A DNA stretch of 64,000 nt from the NCBI GenBank assembly GCA_963980225.1, contig CAXBYW010000001.1, forward strand, positions 99,301-163,300, read 5' to 3'. Positions 46,860 through 57,074 of this stretch are shown one piece after another; within the stretch, counting starts at the first letter, position 1; every line of letters starts with the position of its first letter. Origin of the DNA: an uncultured bacterium (GTDB taxonomy: Bacteria > Patescibacteriota > Microgenomatia > UBA1400 > MFAQ01). A model generated the notes under the pieces. The model ran no database searches. It saw nothing but the letters and a program-made list of their open reading frames with translations, and was not told the origin of the DNA. Position numbers and translations under genes: made by a program.

Positions 46860-47253
46860 GTTAGACTTCACTAAAGCCCCAGACATAGAAAAAGAGATCA
46901 AAAAAATCGTCAAAAACCTAGACTTAAAACACATAGATGCAAGCAATGTCAGTGCCTTTAGGTCAACCGGTTCCAAAGCCAGAGCTAGAGCGAGAATCTA
47001 CGCCATGCCTCGAATCTGGCAACAGGCCTTAAAGGTTGGCCCCCATTACTGTATAGAGTTTCTCTGTGAACATTTTGACAACTTAAAGTGGTCTCACCAG
47101 CAAAGAGTAATAATCCACGAGCTTTTACATATCCCCAAGACATTTTCAGGAGCCTTAGTCCCCCATAGGGGTAGGGGACGATCTCATCAAGTCACTCATG
47201 GAGTAGTTGAAAGACTGTACAAAAGATACAAAAAAACACTAAAAGAAAAATGA
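46852..47253 (+). CDS. small HExxH protein, putative zinc metallopeptidase-like
   Basis: 133 aa with IIHELLHI. It overlaps ruvB and the holA-like gene by 8 and 4 bp respectively. Confidence 0.35.
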   Translation: MPKLDFTKAPDIEKEIKKIVKNLDLKHIDASNVSAFRSTGSKARARARIYAMPRIWQQALKVGPHYCIEFLCEHFDNLKWSHQQRVIIHELLHIPKTFSGALVPHRGRGRSHQVTHGVVERLYKRYKKTLKEK

Positions 47254-47927
47254 TCGTTATTCACGGGACAGATCAAGTTTCCATTCAAAACAAACTAGAC
47301 GAGCTTTTAAGCACGGCTAGAGACAAAGGTCTTGAAATAGAAAAACAAGAAGCCAAAGATCTTTCTCCTGCTACTCTTTCCCAAGGTCTGACTCCTTCAA
47401 GTCTTTTTTCAAATTCTCGACTCATTGTAATCAACTCTCTTTTATCACTCCCTCAGTCAAACATCAAAAAAAAACTCATCGACATACTAAAAAAGACAAG
47501 CAACAAAGAACTACTTCTTTACGAAACAAAAAATGTTCACCCTGCCACCTTAAAGTCCCTTCCTACTACTCAAGTTTTTCACTTTAAAGAAAGCCCGCTG
47601 ATATTTAAGTTTTTAGATGAGATTAAACCAAACAATCCTCAACGAGCTATCGACACTTTAAGAGAAATAGTAAAAAATAGGCAACCACTAGGAATGCTTT
47701 TTTTTATGCTGACAAGACATGTGAGGCAGCTCATTCAAATAAAGACTCCTGGATCACTAAGATTAGCTCCGTGGCAACTAGGTAAGATAACTAAACAATC
47801 CTCTCTTTTTACCACCGATCAGCTAATTAGCCTACATAAAAAACTTTACGAAATTGACAAGAGACAAAAACTTTCACAAGTTAAGAGCCTGGAAACAGAG
47901 TTAGAGCACCTTCTTCTTTCTTTGTAG
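47250..47927 (+). CDS. holA: DNA polymerase III delta subunit-like (short)
   Basis: N-terminal MIVIHGTDQVSIQNKLDEL resembles the clamp-loader delta N-terminus. 225 aa, shorter than the usual ~330. Confidence 0.45.
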   Translation: MIVIHGTDQVSIQNKLDELLSTARDKGLEIEKQEAKDLSPATLSQGLTPSSLFSNSRLIVINSLLSLPQSNIKKKLIDILKKTSNKELLLYETKNVHPATLKSLPTTQVFHFKESPLIFKFLDEIKPNNPQRAIDTLREIVKNRQPLGMLFFMLTRHVRQLIQIKTPGSLRLAPWQLGKITKQSSLFTTDQLISLHKKLYEIDKRQKLSQVKSLETELEHLLLSL

Positions 47928-47986
47928 AGACTTCCAATAGATCTATTTTACATCGAAAAACCGGGGTCATAAATCAAGGTTTTTGC

Positions 47987-49177
47987 TTACTGCCATCTTT
48001 TATCTTGTCTAACCAAAAGGTCCTTTGCTTTCGTTTTGTCGAGCATTAACTCACAAACAATTTTCTCCATTCTATAAAATTGAGACCCTTTTACGTATAT
48101 TGTTTGATTATTTAGTTTGGCTATGTAGTTTTCAGAATTAGCAATTTTTTGGTATTTCTTTTTTAAGTATCTACTATATAGATTTTCCTCATCTCCCACT
48201 AACACCAGCGTAGACTCAACTTTATTTAAAAATTCTGCGATCCTCTTATGCTGATCCTTTTTACTTTTTCCAGTTTCTCGTAGTGGTGATAAGAAAATAG
48301 TTAATCTTGTTTTTCGTTCTTTACTTAATCTTGTTGCATACTCTATGCCTCGGATCACACTTTCATCACAAACTGCATTATACGAATCATCAACAATCAA
48401 GCATTTCTCAGCACCTTGAATAAGCTTAAGCCTACCCTTAAGTTTTTTTATTTTCCTTAACCCTTGTATAAAATCTTTTTTGGAAAAATCAAAATGATCC
48501 CGAACGATCTTATAAATCCCCGCTAGGTAGTCTTGGTCATGTTTTGGTAGACCAAGATCATTTATTATTTTCTTTAAGTCATCTGTCAGATCATCAAGAC
48601 TATAGTAAATAATTTCCCCTACCTTCTTGGTCATTAGCTCTTTATCATCACTATTTACATAGCCTAGTTTTCTATTAGAGTTCCTGATAGCAATCAAGTT
48701 TTCTCCGATCACATTATCTATATTTTTTAGAAACTGCAAGTGTTCTTTTTCTAACTTGGTTAACATAACAAAATCTGGTTTTAGAAAGTCTGTCACTTCT
48801 TTCATCTCCCCAAGCTTGTCAATTCCTAGCTCAGCCACCATTATGTTTTGATCAGTTAAGTTATTCACAATATTTAAAGATAACCCCAACTTGGTATTCA
48901 AGGTTCCTTCAAGCACTCTTTTTTTAGTAGAAAGTATTTGGGTCAAATAAGCTCTAGCAGTAGACTTACCTACACTACCTGCAACCCCCACAATAACGGG
49001 TTTAGTTTTTCTCAACTGCTTTTGCGCTAATTTATAGAACTTTTTTTCTTCTAAGATTCCCGCCGCACCCGCATCTATAGCTGCGTCAATAAAGTCATAT
49101 CCATCAAAATGTATTCCCTTGATGGGCACAAAGTAATCTCCTGCCCTAATCAGTCTACTGTCTAAACAAACTTTCAT
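47987..49177 (-). CDS. murF: Mur ligase family protein, MurF-like
   Basis: N-terminal CLDSRLIRAGDYFVPIKGIHFDGYDFIDAAIDAGAAGIL matches the MurF substrate-binding domain. P-loop GVAGSVGKST. 396 aa. Confidence 0.6.
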   Translation of the reverse strand: MKVCLDSRLIRAGDYFVPIKGIHFDGYDFIDAAIDAGAAGILEEKKFYKLAQKQLRKTKPVIVGVAGSVGKSTARAYLTQILSTKKRVLEGTLNTKLGLSLNIVNNLTDQNIMVAELGIDKLGEMKEVTDFLKPDFVMLTKLEKEHLQFLKNIDNVIGENLIAIRNSNRKLGYVNSDDKELMTKKVGEIIYYSLDDLTDDLKKIINDLGLPKHDQDYLAGIYKIVRDHFDFSKKDFIQGLRKIKKLKGRLKLIQGAEKCLIVDDSYNAVCDESVIRGIEYATRLSKERKTRLTIFLSPLRETGKSKKDQHKRIAEFLNKVESTLVLVGDEENLYSRYLKKKYQKIANSENYIAKLNNQTIYVKGSQFYRMEKIVCELMLDKTKAKDLLVRQDKRWQ

Positions 49178-49935
49178 GTTGTCTTTTCATTAACATAAAT
49201 AGCAGTTCCATAACCACTAAATTCCATTTCACAAAATGCTCGAGTTGGTTGCAAGAAAACCACTTTAGACTCAGTCTTAGAGTAAGGATCAACTATGTAG
49301 TACCAATCTTCATTTTTAAAATGAATAACATCTGTTAATAAAACCACATGAGTAGGTGGCGCTCCTTTATTGGGCTCCCAGGCAGTCACAGAACTTTTAA
49401 CCGAGGCCATAAATACCCCTCCCTCCTTAAGGATGTGCGTCAACCTCTTTTCTGATAGTTTGTCTTTAGGGTCTCCTAATTTCTCTGCTTTTATTCCAAA
49501 TTCAGCAAACAAAGCTAGTGAGCCTCGGTGATCATAACCTGTGTTTAGGGAAAAAACAGGTTTGTATTGGTTATCATTATTTTTATTTACAGATAAAAGT
49601 TGCAAATTATTATCCTTTTCTATGTTCTCCATCATGTTTTTGCGAATATTTGTACCAACCGGTATCACAATTTTTTGTTTATCATATGTTGCTTGGACCC
49701 AATAGTTCTTGTCGTGTTTAGGAACCTGGTGAAGGTTGCATGCCACACTCAAAACGTCTAAAGGTAAAACATTTTGATGTTTTAGTGATATCGCCATAGT
49801 CGCTGTTGTAATCCCACAAGTGACTTTCGTTACAACATTCCAAGGAAAACTGTGCAGTTGTGAGTAATATTTAAGTGAGTCTGCTTGAAGCGGGCGTTTT
49901 AACACACTCTCATTTTTTAGTTCTTGTTTACTCAT
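49174..49935 (-). CDS. peptidase C39-like (papain-fold) domain protein
   Basis: VTCGITTATMAI (Cys nucleophile in a CGxxxxAM context) and PTHVVLLTDV (His). It overlaps the murF-like gene by 4 bp. Confidence 0.4.
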   Translation of the reverse strand: MSKQELKNESVLKRPLQADSLKYYSQLHSFPWNVVTKVTCGITTATMAISLKHQNVLPLDVLSVACNLHQVPKHDKNYWVQATYDKQKIVIPVGTNIRKNMMENIEKDNNLQLLSVNKNNDNQYKPVFSLNTGYDHRGSLALFAEFGIKAEKLGDPKDKLSEKRLTHILKEGGVFMASVKSSVTAWEPNKGAPPTHVVLLTDVIHFKNEDWYYIVDPYSKTESKVVFLQPTRAFCEMEFSGYGTAIYVNEKTT

Positions 49936-50031
49936 TTATTTTACAAGTATACCTTTCTGGTAGCGAAATAGTCCAGATAACTCATTTTTTTCTTGATAAT
50001 CTTGTGTATACTTAAAACATACTTTCTGCCC

Positions 50032-51120
50032 ATGAAACATATACTTGACCAAGAAAAGACCTTAAAGAAACTTGACCCCGACAAGGTCTATGACTCAATC
50101 ACCATGTTCCCTGTACAGCTTAAAGAAGCTTGGGAAGAAGCTAGTATTCAAACTATTAAAGGTAAATTTACCGGGATAAATAAAGTCTGTATTGTTGGCA
50201 TGGGTGGCTCTGCTTTAGCCGGAAGAATAATTGAACACTTAAGCCCAGCCTTAACCAGCCTACCTGTCTTTGTCTCAAGCAACTACCGTCTTCCCGCTTG
50301 GGTTGACTCCAGCACACTAGTAATGGTCTCTAGCTACTCCGGAAACACGGAGGAAACAGTTTCCTCATTCCAGGATGCCATAGTTAGAAAAGCCAAAATA
50401 TTTGTTATTGCATCAGGTGGTAAATTAGAACAACTTGCTATAAAAAACAACTTAAACATATTCCGCTTAGACACTAAAAGAAATCCTAGTGGCATGCCTA
50501 GACTAGCTCTAGGATCATCTCTAGGAGCCCATTTAGGCCTATTACAGAGGCTAAATGTATTAAAAGGAAGCGAGTTAGACATTGATTCAATCTCAGGTTC
50601 ATTAAACAACATGGCCTCATGCCTATCAAACCAGAAAAACATAAAAAACAATCCTGCTAAGATCTTGGCTAATAAAACCAAGGGTAAGTCTATCGTCATT
50701 TTTTCTGCCAACCACCTAAACGGCTCTGCTTACGCAGCCAAAAACCAGATCAACGAGTCAGCCAAAACCTTTAGCGTTAACTTTCACTTACCAGATATAA
50801 ACCATCACTTACTAGAGGGATTATCTCTACCTAAACCATTTAAACAACTAACACATTTTATTTTACTAAACTCTGAAAGCTATCCTCAAAAAATCAAGGA
50901 TCGTTTATTAATAACCAAAGAGGTTCTAACCAAACAAGGTTATCCTGTCACCATCATCAAGCCAGAATCAACCTCTATGGTAGATCAGGCCCTAGAAACA
51001 ATTCTTTTCTTTGAATACTTTAGTTTCTACCTAGCTATGGTTAGTAATGTAAACCCCGGACCCATTCCTTGGGTTGACTACTTTAAAAAAAGACTGGAAA
51101 GTCCTCTCCAAATCAAGTAA
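50032..51120 (+). CDS. bifunctional phosphoglucose/phosphomannose isomerase (SIS-domain, archaeal type)
   Basis: Two SIS domains with GMGGSALAGR and SYSGNTEET. Start placed at MKHILDQEK. Confidence 0.6.
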   Translation: MKHILDQEKTLKKLDPDKVYDSITMFPVQLKEAWEEASIQTIKGKFTGINKVCIVGMGGSALAGRIIEHLSPALTSLPVFVSSNYRLPAWVDSSTLVMVSSYSGNTEETVSSFQDAIVRKAKIFVIASGGKLEQLAIKNNLNIFRLDTKRNPSGMPRLALGSSLGAHLGLLQRLNVLKGSELDIDSISGSLNNMASCLSNQKNIKNNPAKILANKTKGKSIVIFSANHLNGSAYAAKNQINESAKTFSVNFHLPDINHHLLEGLSLPKPFKQLTHFILLNSESYPQKIKDRLLITKEVLTKQGYPVTIIKPESTSMVDQALETILFFEYFSFYLAMVSNVNPGPIPWVDYFKKRLESPLQIK

Positions 51121-51130
51121 TATAACTAAA

Positions 51131-52465
51131 ATGAAATCACTTTTTGGCACCAGCGGAATTAGAGGGAAAGTAATAGAAGTTTTTACTAACCAGTTTTGCT
51201 TTGACATGGGTAGAACTTTCGCCAAATTCCTAGACAACCACGATCAACCAGGTTTGGTTGCTATGGGCATCGACTCCAGAGAAAGTAGTCCTAGAATCTC
51301 CAAGTACGTAATAGAGGGTTTAAAGTCATCAGGACGTCAAGTTTCATATCACGGAGCCGTTCCCGTTCCTGCCTGCCACAATACCATTCTCTCGACTCCT
51401 GCTGTAGGTAGTGTTATGGTCACCGGCTCACACATCGATCTTGAGTCAAACGGGGTCAAGTTCTTTGCCTTCAAGGAAGAAATCAGTAAAGAAAACGAGC
51501 AGGAAATTACCAATATCTACTACCAACTAAAAGACCAGGTTGCTTGTCCCACCAATGATCCAGAGCAACTACCACTAGATCCAGCTGGTTTAAAAAACTA
51601 CATCGACCTACTTATCTCTTTGTCAAAAAATACATCTAAAAAAAGCTATAAAATCGTAGCCGATCCAGGTAACGGCGTTCAGACAGAGGTCTTACGTACC
51701 GTCCTACCTAAACTAGGCCATGAACTAATAATGATAAATGGTGATCTTAAAAAAGAGCTTTTAAGCCGAGACACAGAAGCAGATGGTTCCTTTAAAGATC
51801 TCCAAGACGCAGTCATAAAGAATAAAGCTGATCTAGGCATGGGTTTTGATACCGACGGTGACCGGGTTATCTTCATCGACCATCTAGGTAACTTCATTCC
51901 CGGGGACTACTCCGGCACCTTAATCGCCAAAAACCATCCCAGCGACACTATAGTCACTCCTGTAAACGTAAGTAATGTAATAGAAAGTATTGGTAAGAAG
52001 ATCATCAGAACCAAGGTCGGTTCACCTTTTGTCGTCGCTGCCATGAAAGATAATCAGGCTGGTTTCGGTTTTGAAAGCAATGGTGGGGGAGTATATAAAG
52101 ACGTCATGTTAAGTAGAGATGCCGGAAACAGCGTGATAAGTATCTTAAACATATTAAGTTCTTCCAAGAAGACTTTGTCAGAGCTAGTCTCAGAGTTACC
52201 TAAGTACTACATTAGAAAACAAAAATTCGACTGTCCCACAGAGAAAAATAGTCTGATTCTAGAAAAGGCCAAAGATTTTACTTCAACAAAATCAGTCGAC
52301 ACTACCGACGGACTTAAATTAATCATTGACGATCATAACTGGGTTCTTTTTAGACCGTCAAGTAACGCTCCAGAGTTCAGGGTCTTTGTAGAAGCAGACT
52401 CACAGCAAAAAGCAGACAAGCTTCTATCTGATGCCCTTGAGTACGCAAAAAACTTGATCAAGTAG
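51131..52465 (+). CDS. phosphoglucomutase/phosphomannomutase family protein
   Basis: GTSGIRG N-terminus, active-site Ser loop (TGSHIDLESNG) and GFDTDGDR metal-binding loop. Confidence 0.75.
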   Translation: MKSLFGTSGIRGKVIEVFTNQFCFDMGRTFAKFLDNHDQPGLVAMGIDSRESSPRISKYVIEGLKSSGRQVSYHGAVPVPACHNTILSTPAVGSVMVTGSHIDLESNGVKFFAFKEEISKENEQEITNIYYQLKDQVACPTNDPEQLPLDPAGLKNYIDLLISLSKNTSKKSYKIVADPGNGVQTEVLRTVLPKLGHELIMINGDLKKELLSRDTEADGSFKDLQDAVIKNKADLGMGFDTDGDRVIFIDHLGNFIPGDYSGTLIAKNHPSDTIVTPVNVSNVIESIGKKIIRTKVGSPFVVAAMKDNQAGFGFESNGGGVYKDVMLSRDAGNSVISILNILSSSKKTLSELVSELPKYYIRKQKFDCPTEKNSLILEKAKDFTSTKSVDTTDGLKLIIDDHNWVLFRPSSNAPEFRVFVEADSQQKADKLLSDALEYAKNLIK

Positions 52466-52489
52466 ATTATTTAAGAAAAAACTTGTTGA

Positions 52490-52702
52490 TTACTCCAATT
52501 CTGGAATATCTTCTCCGCGAAGGACAGCCGTTACAATCGATACGGCATCTTCATCCAACTCTATCCCTTCAAATTCGCCATTCTCCAACATATTGGCTAA
52601 ATCCAAGAATTTTTCTTCTGTGGGAGTAGGTGTTTCAGAGGTTACTGCAATTAAGGTTGGTACTAAAAGGTCTCCCTTTATTTTTTTTAATTTAGGTTCC
52701 AT
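52490..52702 (-). CDS. hypothetical small acidic protein
   Basis: 70 aa ORF antisense to the flanking genes' direction. No motif, so weak support. Confidence 0.2.
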   Translation of the reverse strand: MEPKLKKIKGDLLVPTLIAVTSETPTPTEEKFLDLANMLENGEFEGIELDEDAVSIVTAVLRGEDIPELE

Positions 52703-52798
52703 GTTGATAGGAGTATATTTAGCCAGAGAAATAATGTCAAGGAAATAAATTTAGTATTCAAAACATGTTTAGAGGTCATATGTAACAAATAGGATTTT

Positions 52799-55108
52799 GT
52801 GTATACTGTTTGTATGCCTCCTGCCCTGGTACTGCCATTCAAAAAAATTGATAAAAATGATATCCCATTAGTCGGTGGTAAGGCTGCCAATTTAGGTGAG
52901 ATGGTTCAAGCAGGTTTTCCTGTTCCTAATGGTTTCTGTGTAACTTCATACAGTTACCAACTGCTAATAAAGGAAAACAATCTTTTAGAGACGATTAAAG
53001 GTATCTTAAAAGTTACCGATATTCACAATAGTGGACAGCTTCAAAAAGCGAGCAATAAAATCATGGCTTTAATAAAAAAAGCCAAGATTCCTCAGGAACT
53101 TTCCACTGAAATATTCAAGTCCTACAAAACTTTAACTAAAGACAACAAAAACCCTTTAGTTGCTGTCAGATCTTCAGCAACAGCTGAAGACTTACCTGAT
53201 GCTTCTTTTGCTGGACAACAAGACTCATTTTTAAATATAAAGGGGGAGGCTAATCTGATCCAGACCATTAGAGACGCTTGGGCCTCACTTTTTGGTGCCA
53301 GGGCCATTTTTTACCGGGCAACCAAGGGTTTTGACCACTTTAAAGTCAGTTTAGCGGTACCTGTCCAACTAATGGTGCAGTCAGACATCTCAGGTGTAGC
53401 TTTCTCGATCAACCCTGTCACCAACAACAAGAACCAGATAATCATTGAGGCTGGCTGGGGTTTGGGAGACTATATTGTCCAAGGCGTTGTCACTCCCGAC
53501 CACTATATCGTCAACAAAGACACCCTTACCATTCACTCTCGTCAAGTAATTCCTCAAAAAGTGATGGAGGTCTACAAATACCCTAGTGGAGTTAAAAAAC
53601 AAAAGGTAAAGAAATCAAACATTCCTTTACAAAAACTACCGGATACGTTAATTGTCAAATTGGCCAAAATAGTGGATAGTATCCAAAAGCACTACTACTT
53701 CCCTCAAGACATTGAGTGGGCTCTAGAAAAAGGCAATCTATACATCACCCAATCTAGGCCGATTACTACCATCTCAGTTGCCACTAACTCTAAAGCAAAG
53801 TATCAAACCTCAGATCTCAGTAAACTTAAGATAATTCTTCAAGGTCAAGCAGCCTCCCCGGGTGTTGGTGTTGGTAAGGTAGTCAAAGTAAAAGGTTCCA
53901 AAGATCTCGGTAAAATCAAGACAGGAGACATCCTCGTAGCAGAAATGACCTCACCAGACTTCGTCCCTGCTATGAAAAAAGCTGCTGGTATCATCACTGA
54001 TAAAGGTGGTCAGACTAGTCATGCAGCCATCGTTTCAAGAGAACTTGGAGTTCCAGCCATAGTCGGCACCACTACAGGAATGGCTACGCTTAAAGTCTCT
54101 CAGCTGCTGACCATAGATGGTTCTACTGGTAATATTTATGACGGTAAGCCTAAAAGTGAACCACGTATACTGAAAAAAAAGTCCACCAAAAAAGTATCTA
54201 AACTTGGCGTAGAACCTATTAAGACAGCCACCAAGATATACGTCAACTTAGCTGAGCCAGACTTGGCTGGAACCATTGCTGCCAAAAACTCTGATGGAGT
54301 AGGACTGTTAAGAGCAGAGTTCATGATTGCTCAGATAGGTACTCACCCCAAGAAACTAATTGCCGACAAAAAAGGCTATGTATTCACCGAACAACTTACT
54401 CAAGGGTTGCTAAAATTCACCCAAAGTTTTGGTGATCGTCCAGTTGTCTATCGCACCACTGACTTTAAAACTAACGAATACAGAAACCTACTTGGCGGAG
54501 AAGCATTTGAGCCTCAAGAAGCCAACCCCATGATTGGCTACCGGGGTGTTCACAGATATCTCCATGATCAATCAGTCTTCGAGCTAGAATTAGAAGCCAT
54601 TAAAAGAGTTAGAAATAAATATGGCTACAAAAATCTCCACCTAATGCTTCCTTTTGTTCGTACAGTAGATCAACTGATCAAGGCCAAGAGTCTTATCTCC
54701 TCCGTGGGACTTAATCGCTCACCTAGCTTCAAACTTTGGATGATGGTAGAGATTCCTTCAAATGTAATACTACTAGATGAATTCATTAAAGTCGGCATAG
54801 ATGGGGTGTCCATTGGCACCAACGACCTAACAATGTTAATTCTAGGAACAGATAGAGACAATGAAACTGTTGCTGACGTCTACGACGAAAGAAACCCAGC
54901 CGTTCTTTGGGCCTTAGAAAAAATCATAAAGACCGCCAACAAACACGGTATTACTTCTAGCATTTGTGGCCAAGCTCCTAGCCTGTATCCTGACCTAACT
55001 GCCAAACTGGTAGAGTGGGGGATTACTTCAGTTTCCGTCTCTCCAGACATGCTAGACAGAACTCATGAAATTGTATCTCTATCAGAAAAAAGACTACTAA
55101 AAAAATAA
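52799..55108 (+). CDS. ppsA: phosphoenolpyruvate synthase / PEP-utilising enzyme
   Basis: N-terminal PPDK_N ATP-grasp (GGKAANLGEM), phospho-His mobile domain (GGQTSHAAIVSRELGVPAIVG) and a C-terminal PEP-utilisers TIM barrel. Confidence 0.8.
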   Translation: MYTVCMPPALVLPFKKIDKNDIPLVGGKAANLGEMVQAGFPVPNGFCVTSYSYQLLIKENNLLETIKGILKVTDIHNSGQLQKASNKIMALIKKAKIPQELSTEIFKSYKTLTKDNKNPLVAVRSSATAEDLPDASFAGQQDSFLNIKGEANLIQTIRDAWASLFGARAIFYRATKGFDHFKVSLAVPVQLMVQSDISGVAFSINPVTNNKNQIIIEAGWGLGDYIVQGVVTPDHYIVNKDTLTIHSRQVIPQKVMEVYKYPSGVKKQKVKKSNIPLQKLPDTLIVKLAKIVDSIQKHYYFPQDIEWALEKGNLYITQSRPITTISVATNSKAKYQTSDLSKLKIILQGQAASPGVGVGKVVKVKGSKDLGKIKTGDILVAEMTSPDFVPAMKKAAGIITDKGGQTSHAAIVSRELGVPAIVGTTTGMATLKVSQLLTIDGSTGNIYDGKPKSEPRILKKKSTKKVSKLGVEPIKTATKIYVNLAEPDLAGTIAAKNSDGVGLLRAEFMIAQIGTHPKKLIADKKGYVFTEQLTQGLLKFTQSFGDRPVVYRTTDFKTNEYRNLLGGEAFEPQEANPMIGYRGVHRYLHDQSVFELELEAIKRVRNKYGYKNLHLMLPFVRTVDQLIKAKSLISSVGLNRSPSFKLWMMVEIPSNVILLDEFIKVGIDGVSIGTNDLTMLILGTDRDNETVADVYDERNPAVLWALEKIIKTANKHGITSSICGQAPSLYPDLTAKLVEWGITSVSVSPDMLDRTHEIVSLSEKRLLKK

Positions 55109-55109
55109 A

Positions 55110-56411
55110 ATGGCCATAATAAAAGCAGTTAGAGCCAGAGAAATACTAGACTCGCGAGGTAACCCTACAATAGAGACAAGTGTCTGGTCAGGTGATATTG
55201 GAGCTACGGCCACCATTCCTTCTGGTGCATCAGTGGGAGACAAAGAAGCATTAGAGTTAAGAGACAAGGATCCTAGTAGGTTTCAAGGTAAGGGTGTCTT
55301 AAAAGCCGTCCAACTAGTCAACCAAACCATAAGCAAGTATCTAATCGGACAAGATCCAACTAAACAGAATGCCATCGACCAAATGCTCATAAATCTAGAT
55401 GGTACTAAAAATAAATCCAAACTTGGTGCCAACACCATCCTTTCCGTTTCACAAGCTGTCTTTGAGCTAGGAGCTAGAATTTCTTCAATGCAAACATATC
55501 AATACGTTCAAGCCAAATATGGATTACATCAACCAACCGCCGCTAGTCTCCCAACACCAATGTTTAACATAATAAATGGGGGCAAGCATGGAGACGGCAA
55601 CCTAGACTTTCAGGAATATCATGTCATTCCATCAAGTAAACTAGACTTTAAACAATCACTAAGAATAGGTGATGAAATCTACCACAAACTAAAACAACTT
55701 TTAATATCAAAAAACGCTAACTACTCTGTCGGCGACGAAGGCGGTTTTACCCCCAATCTCAATCAGAACGTAGATGCCATAAGTTTGATAATGGAAGCTA
55801 TTCAAGCCACACCTTATCAGCTAAATCAGGAAGTGTTCATGGGGTTAGACATAGCTGCCTCCGAATTTTTTAAGTCAGGTCAATATAAAATTAAGGACCG
55901 CAAAGAATCTTACTCACCAGAAGACTTTGTGAAATACTTGTTAGATCTCAAAAGTAAATTCGGTCACATCTTACTCGAAGATCCACTTGATCAAGATAGC
56001 TGGGCAGACTGGAAAGCACTTACAGGTTTTATCGGCAGCGATACCCTTATAGTAGGAGACGATCTTCTTGTTACCCATCCAGCTCTACTAAAAAAAGCCA
56101 TAGATGAAAAAGCTTGCAACGCCGTAATAATAAAACCTAACCAAGTCGGTACGATCTCAGAAGCAGCTTCGGTAATCAAGATGGCCAAAGCAAACAATAT
56201 ATCTTGCATCGTCTCTCATCGTTCTGGTGACACCAACGAAGATTTCTTAGCCGACTTTGCTGTTGGAGTTGGTGCCGACTACGTTAAGTTTGGTGCACCT
56301 GTTAGGGGTGAGAGAACCAGCAAGTACAACCGCCTATCACTAATTCAAGAATATCTTACCTTAGGAGCTTCTCCTTCTCCAAACGCCACAAAAGCACCAG
56401 CTCGCCCTTAA
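55110..56411 (+). CDS. eno: enolase
   Basis: AREILDSRGNPTIE N-terminus, SHRSGDTNED and the catalytic Lys/Glu context. Confidence 0.9.
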   Translation: MAIIKAVRAREILDSRGNPTIETSVWSGDIGATATIPSGASVGDKEALELRDKDPSRFQGKGVLKAVQLVNQTISKYLIGQDPTKQNAIDQMLINLDGTKNKSKLGANTILSVSQAVFELGARISSMQTYQYVQAKYGLHQPTAASLPTPMFNIINGGKHGDGNLDFQEYHVIPSSKLDFKQSLRIGDEIYHKLKQLLISKNANYSVGDEGGFTPNLNQNVDAISLIMEAIQATPYQLNQEVFMGLDIAASEFFKSGQYKIKDRKESYSPEDFVKYLLDLKSKFGHILLEDPLDQDSWADWKALTGFIGSDTLIVGDDLLVTHPALLKKAIDEKACNAVIIKPNQVGTISEAASVIKMAKANNISCIVSHRSGDTNEDFLADFAVGVGADYVKFGAPVRGERTSKYNRLSLIQEYLTLGASPSPNATKAPARP

Positions 56412-57072
56412 CTCCTTTTTCTCTAATCTTATCTATCACTTCACTAGCCTTTCCTCTTATAATCTCCTCAAACTTTTTTGTTAGCTCTCTAGCAATGACT
56501 ACATCAACCTCACCAAACTCACCTTTAATCTCTTCTAGTGTCTTACTTACACTTCTGGCTGGTTCATAAATTGCCAAAGTCATTCCCATTGATGTAAAAG
56601 ACTTGGCTGCAGTCCAGTATCTTTCTCTTTTTGACTTCTTTTTAGGTAAAAACCCCAAAAACAATAACTTATCAGTAGATAATCCAGATAAACAAACAGC
56701 TGTTGTCAAGGCTGTTGGCCCTGGCACACTACTTATCTCTCCTCCCATACCAACAACTTCTTTCACCAATCTAAATCCTGGATCAGAGATACTTGGCATA
56801 CCTGCGTCACTTACCAACAAAACCTCATCAAAATTTTGAATCTCTCCAATTAGTTCAAGTGCTTTTTTCTTCTCATTGAAATCATTTATCACCTCTAGTT
56901 TTCCTGAAAACTCCCCTGTTAAATATCCCAAACTCACTAGTTTTAACCATAGTTTTCTGAACACTCTAGTATCCTCACATATCACAAATTTAGCTTGACT
57001 TAAGGCCCTAATAGCCCTTAAAGAGATGTCTTCTATGTTTCCTAGGGGTAGGCCTACCAACAACAATCTCAT
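56356..57072 (-). CDS. rsmI: 16S rRNA (cytidine1402-2-prime-O)-methyltransferase RsmI-like
   Basis: MRLLLVGLPLGN...FVICEDTRVFRKL tetrapyrrole-methylase-fold N-terminus. Start placed at M11 of the ORF-track product. Confidence 0.65.
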   Translation of the reverse strand: MRLLLVGLPLGNIEDISLRAIRALSQAKFVICEDTRVFRKLWLKLVSLGYLTGEFSGKLEVINDFNEKKKALELIGEIQNFDEVLLVSDAGMPSISDPGFRLVKEVVGMGGEISSVPGPTALTTAVCLSGLSTDKLLFLGFLPKKKSKRERYWTAAKSFTSMGMTLAIYEPARSVSKTLEEIKGEFGEVDVVIARELTKKFEEIIRGKASEVIDKIREKGVKGELVLLWRLEKEKLLR

Positions 57073-57074
57073 TT

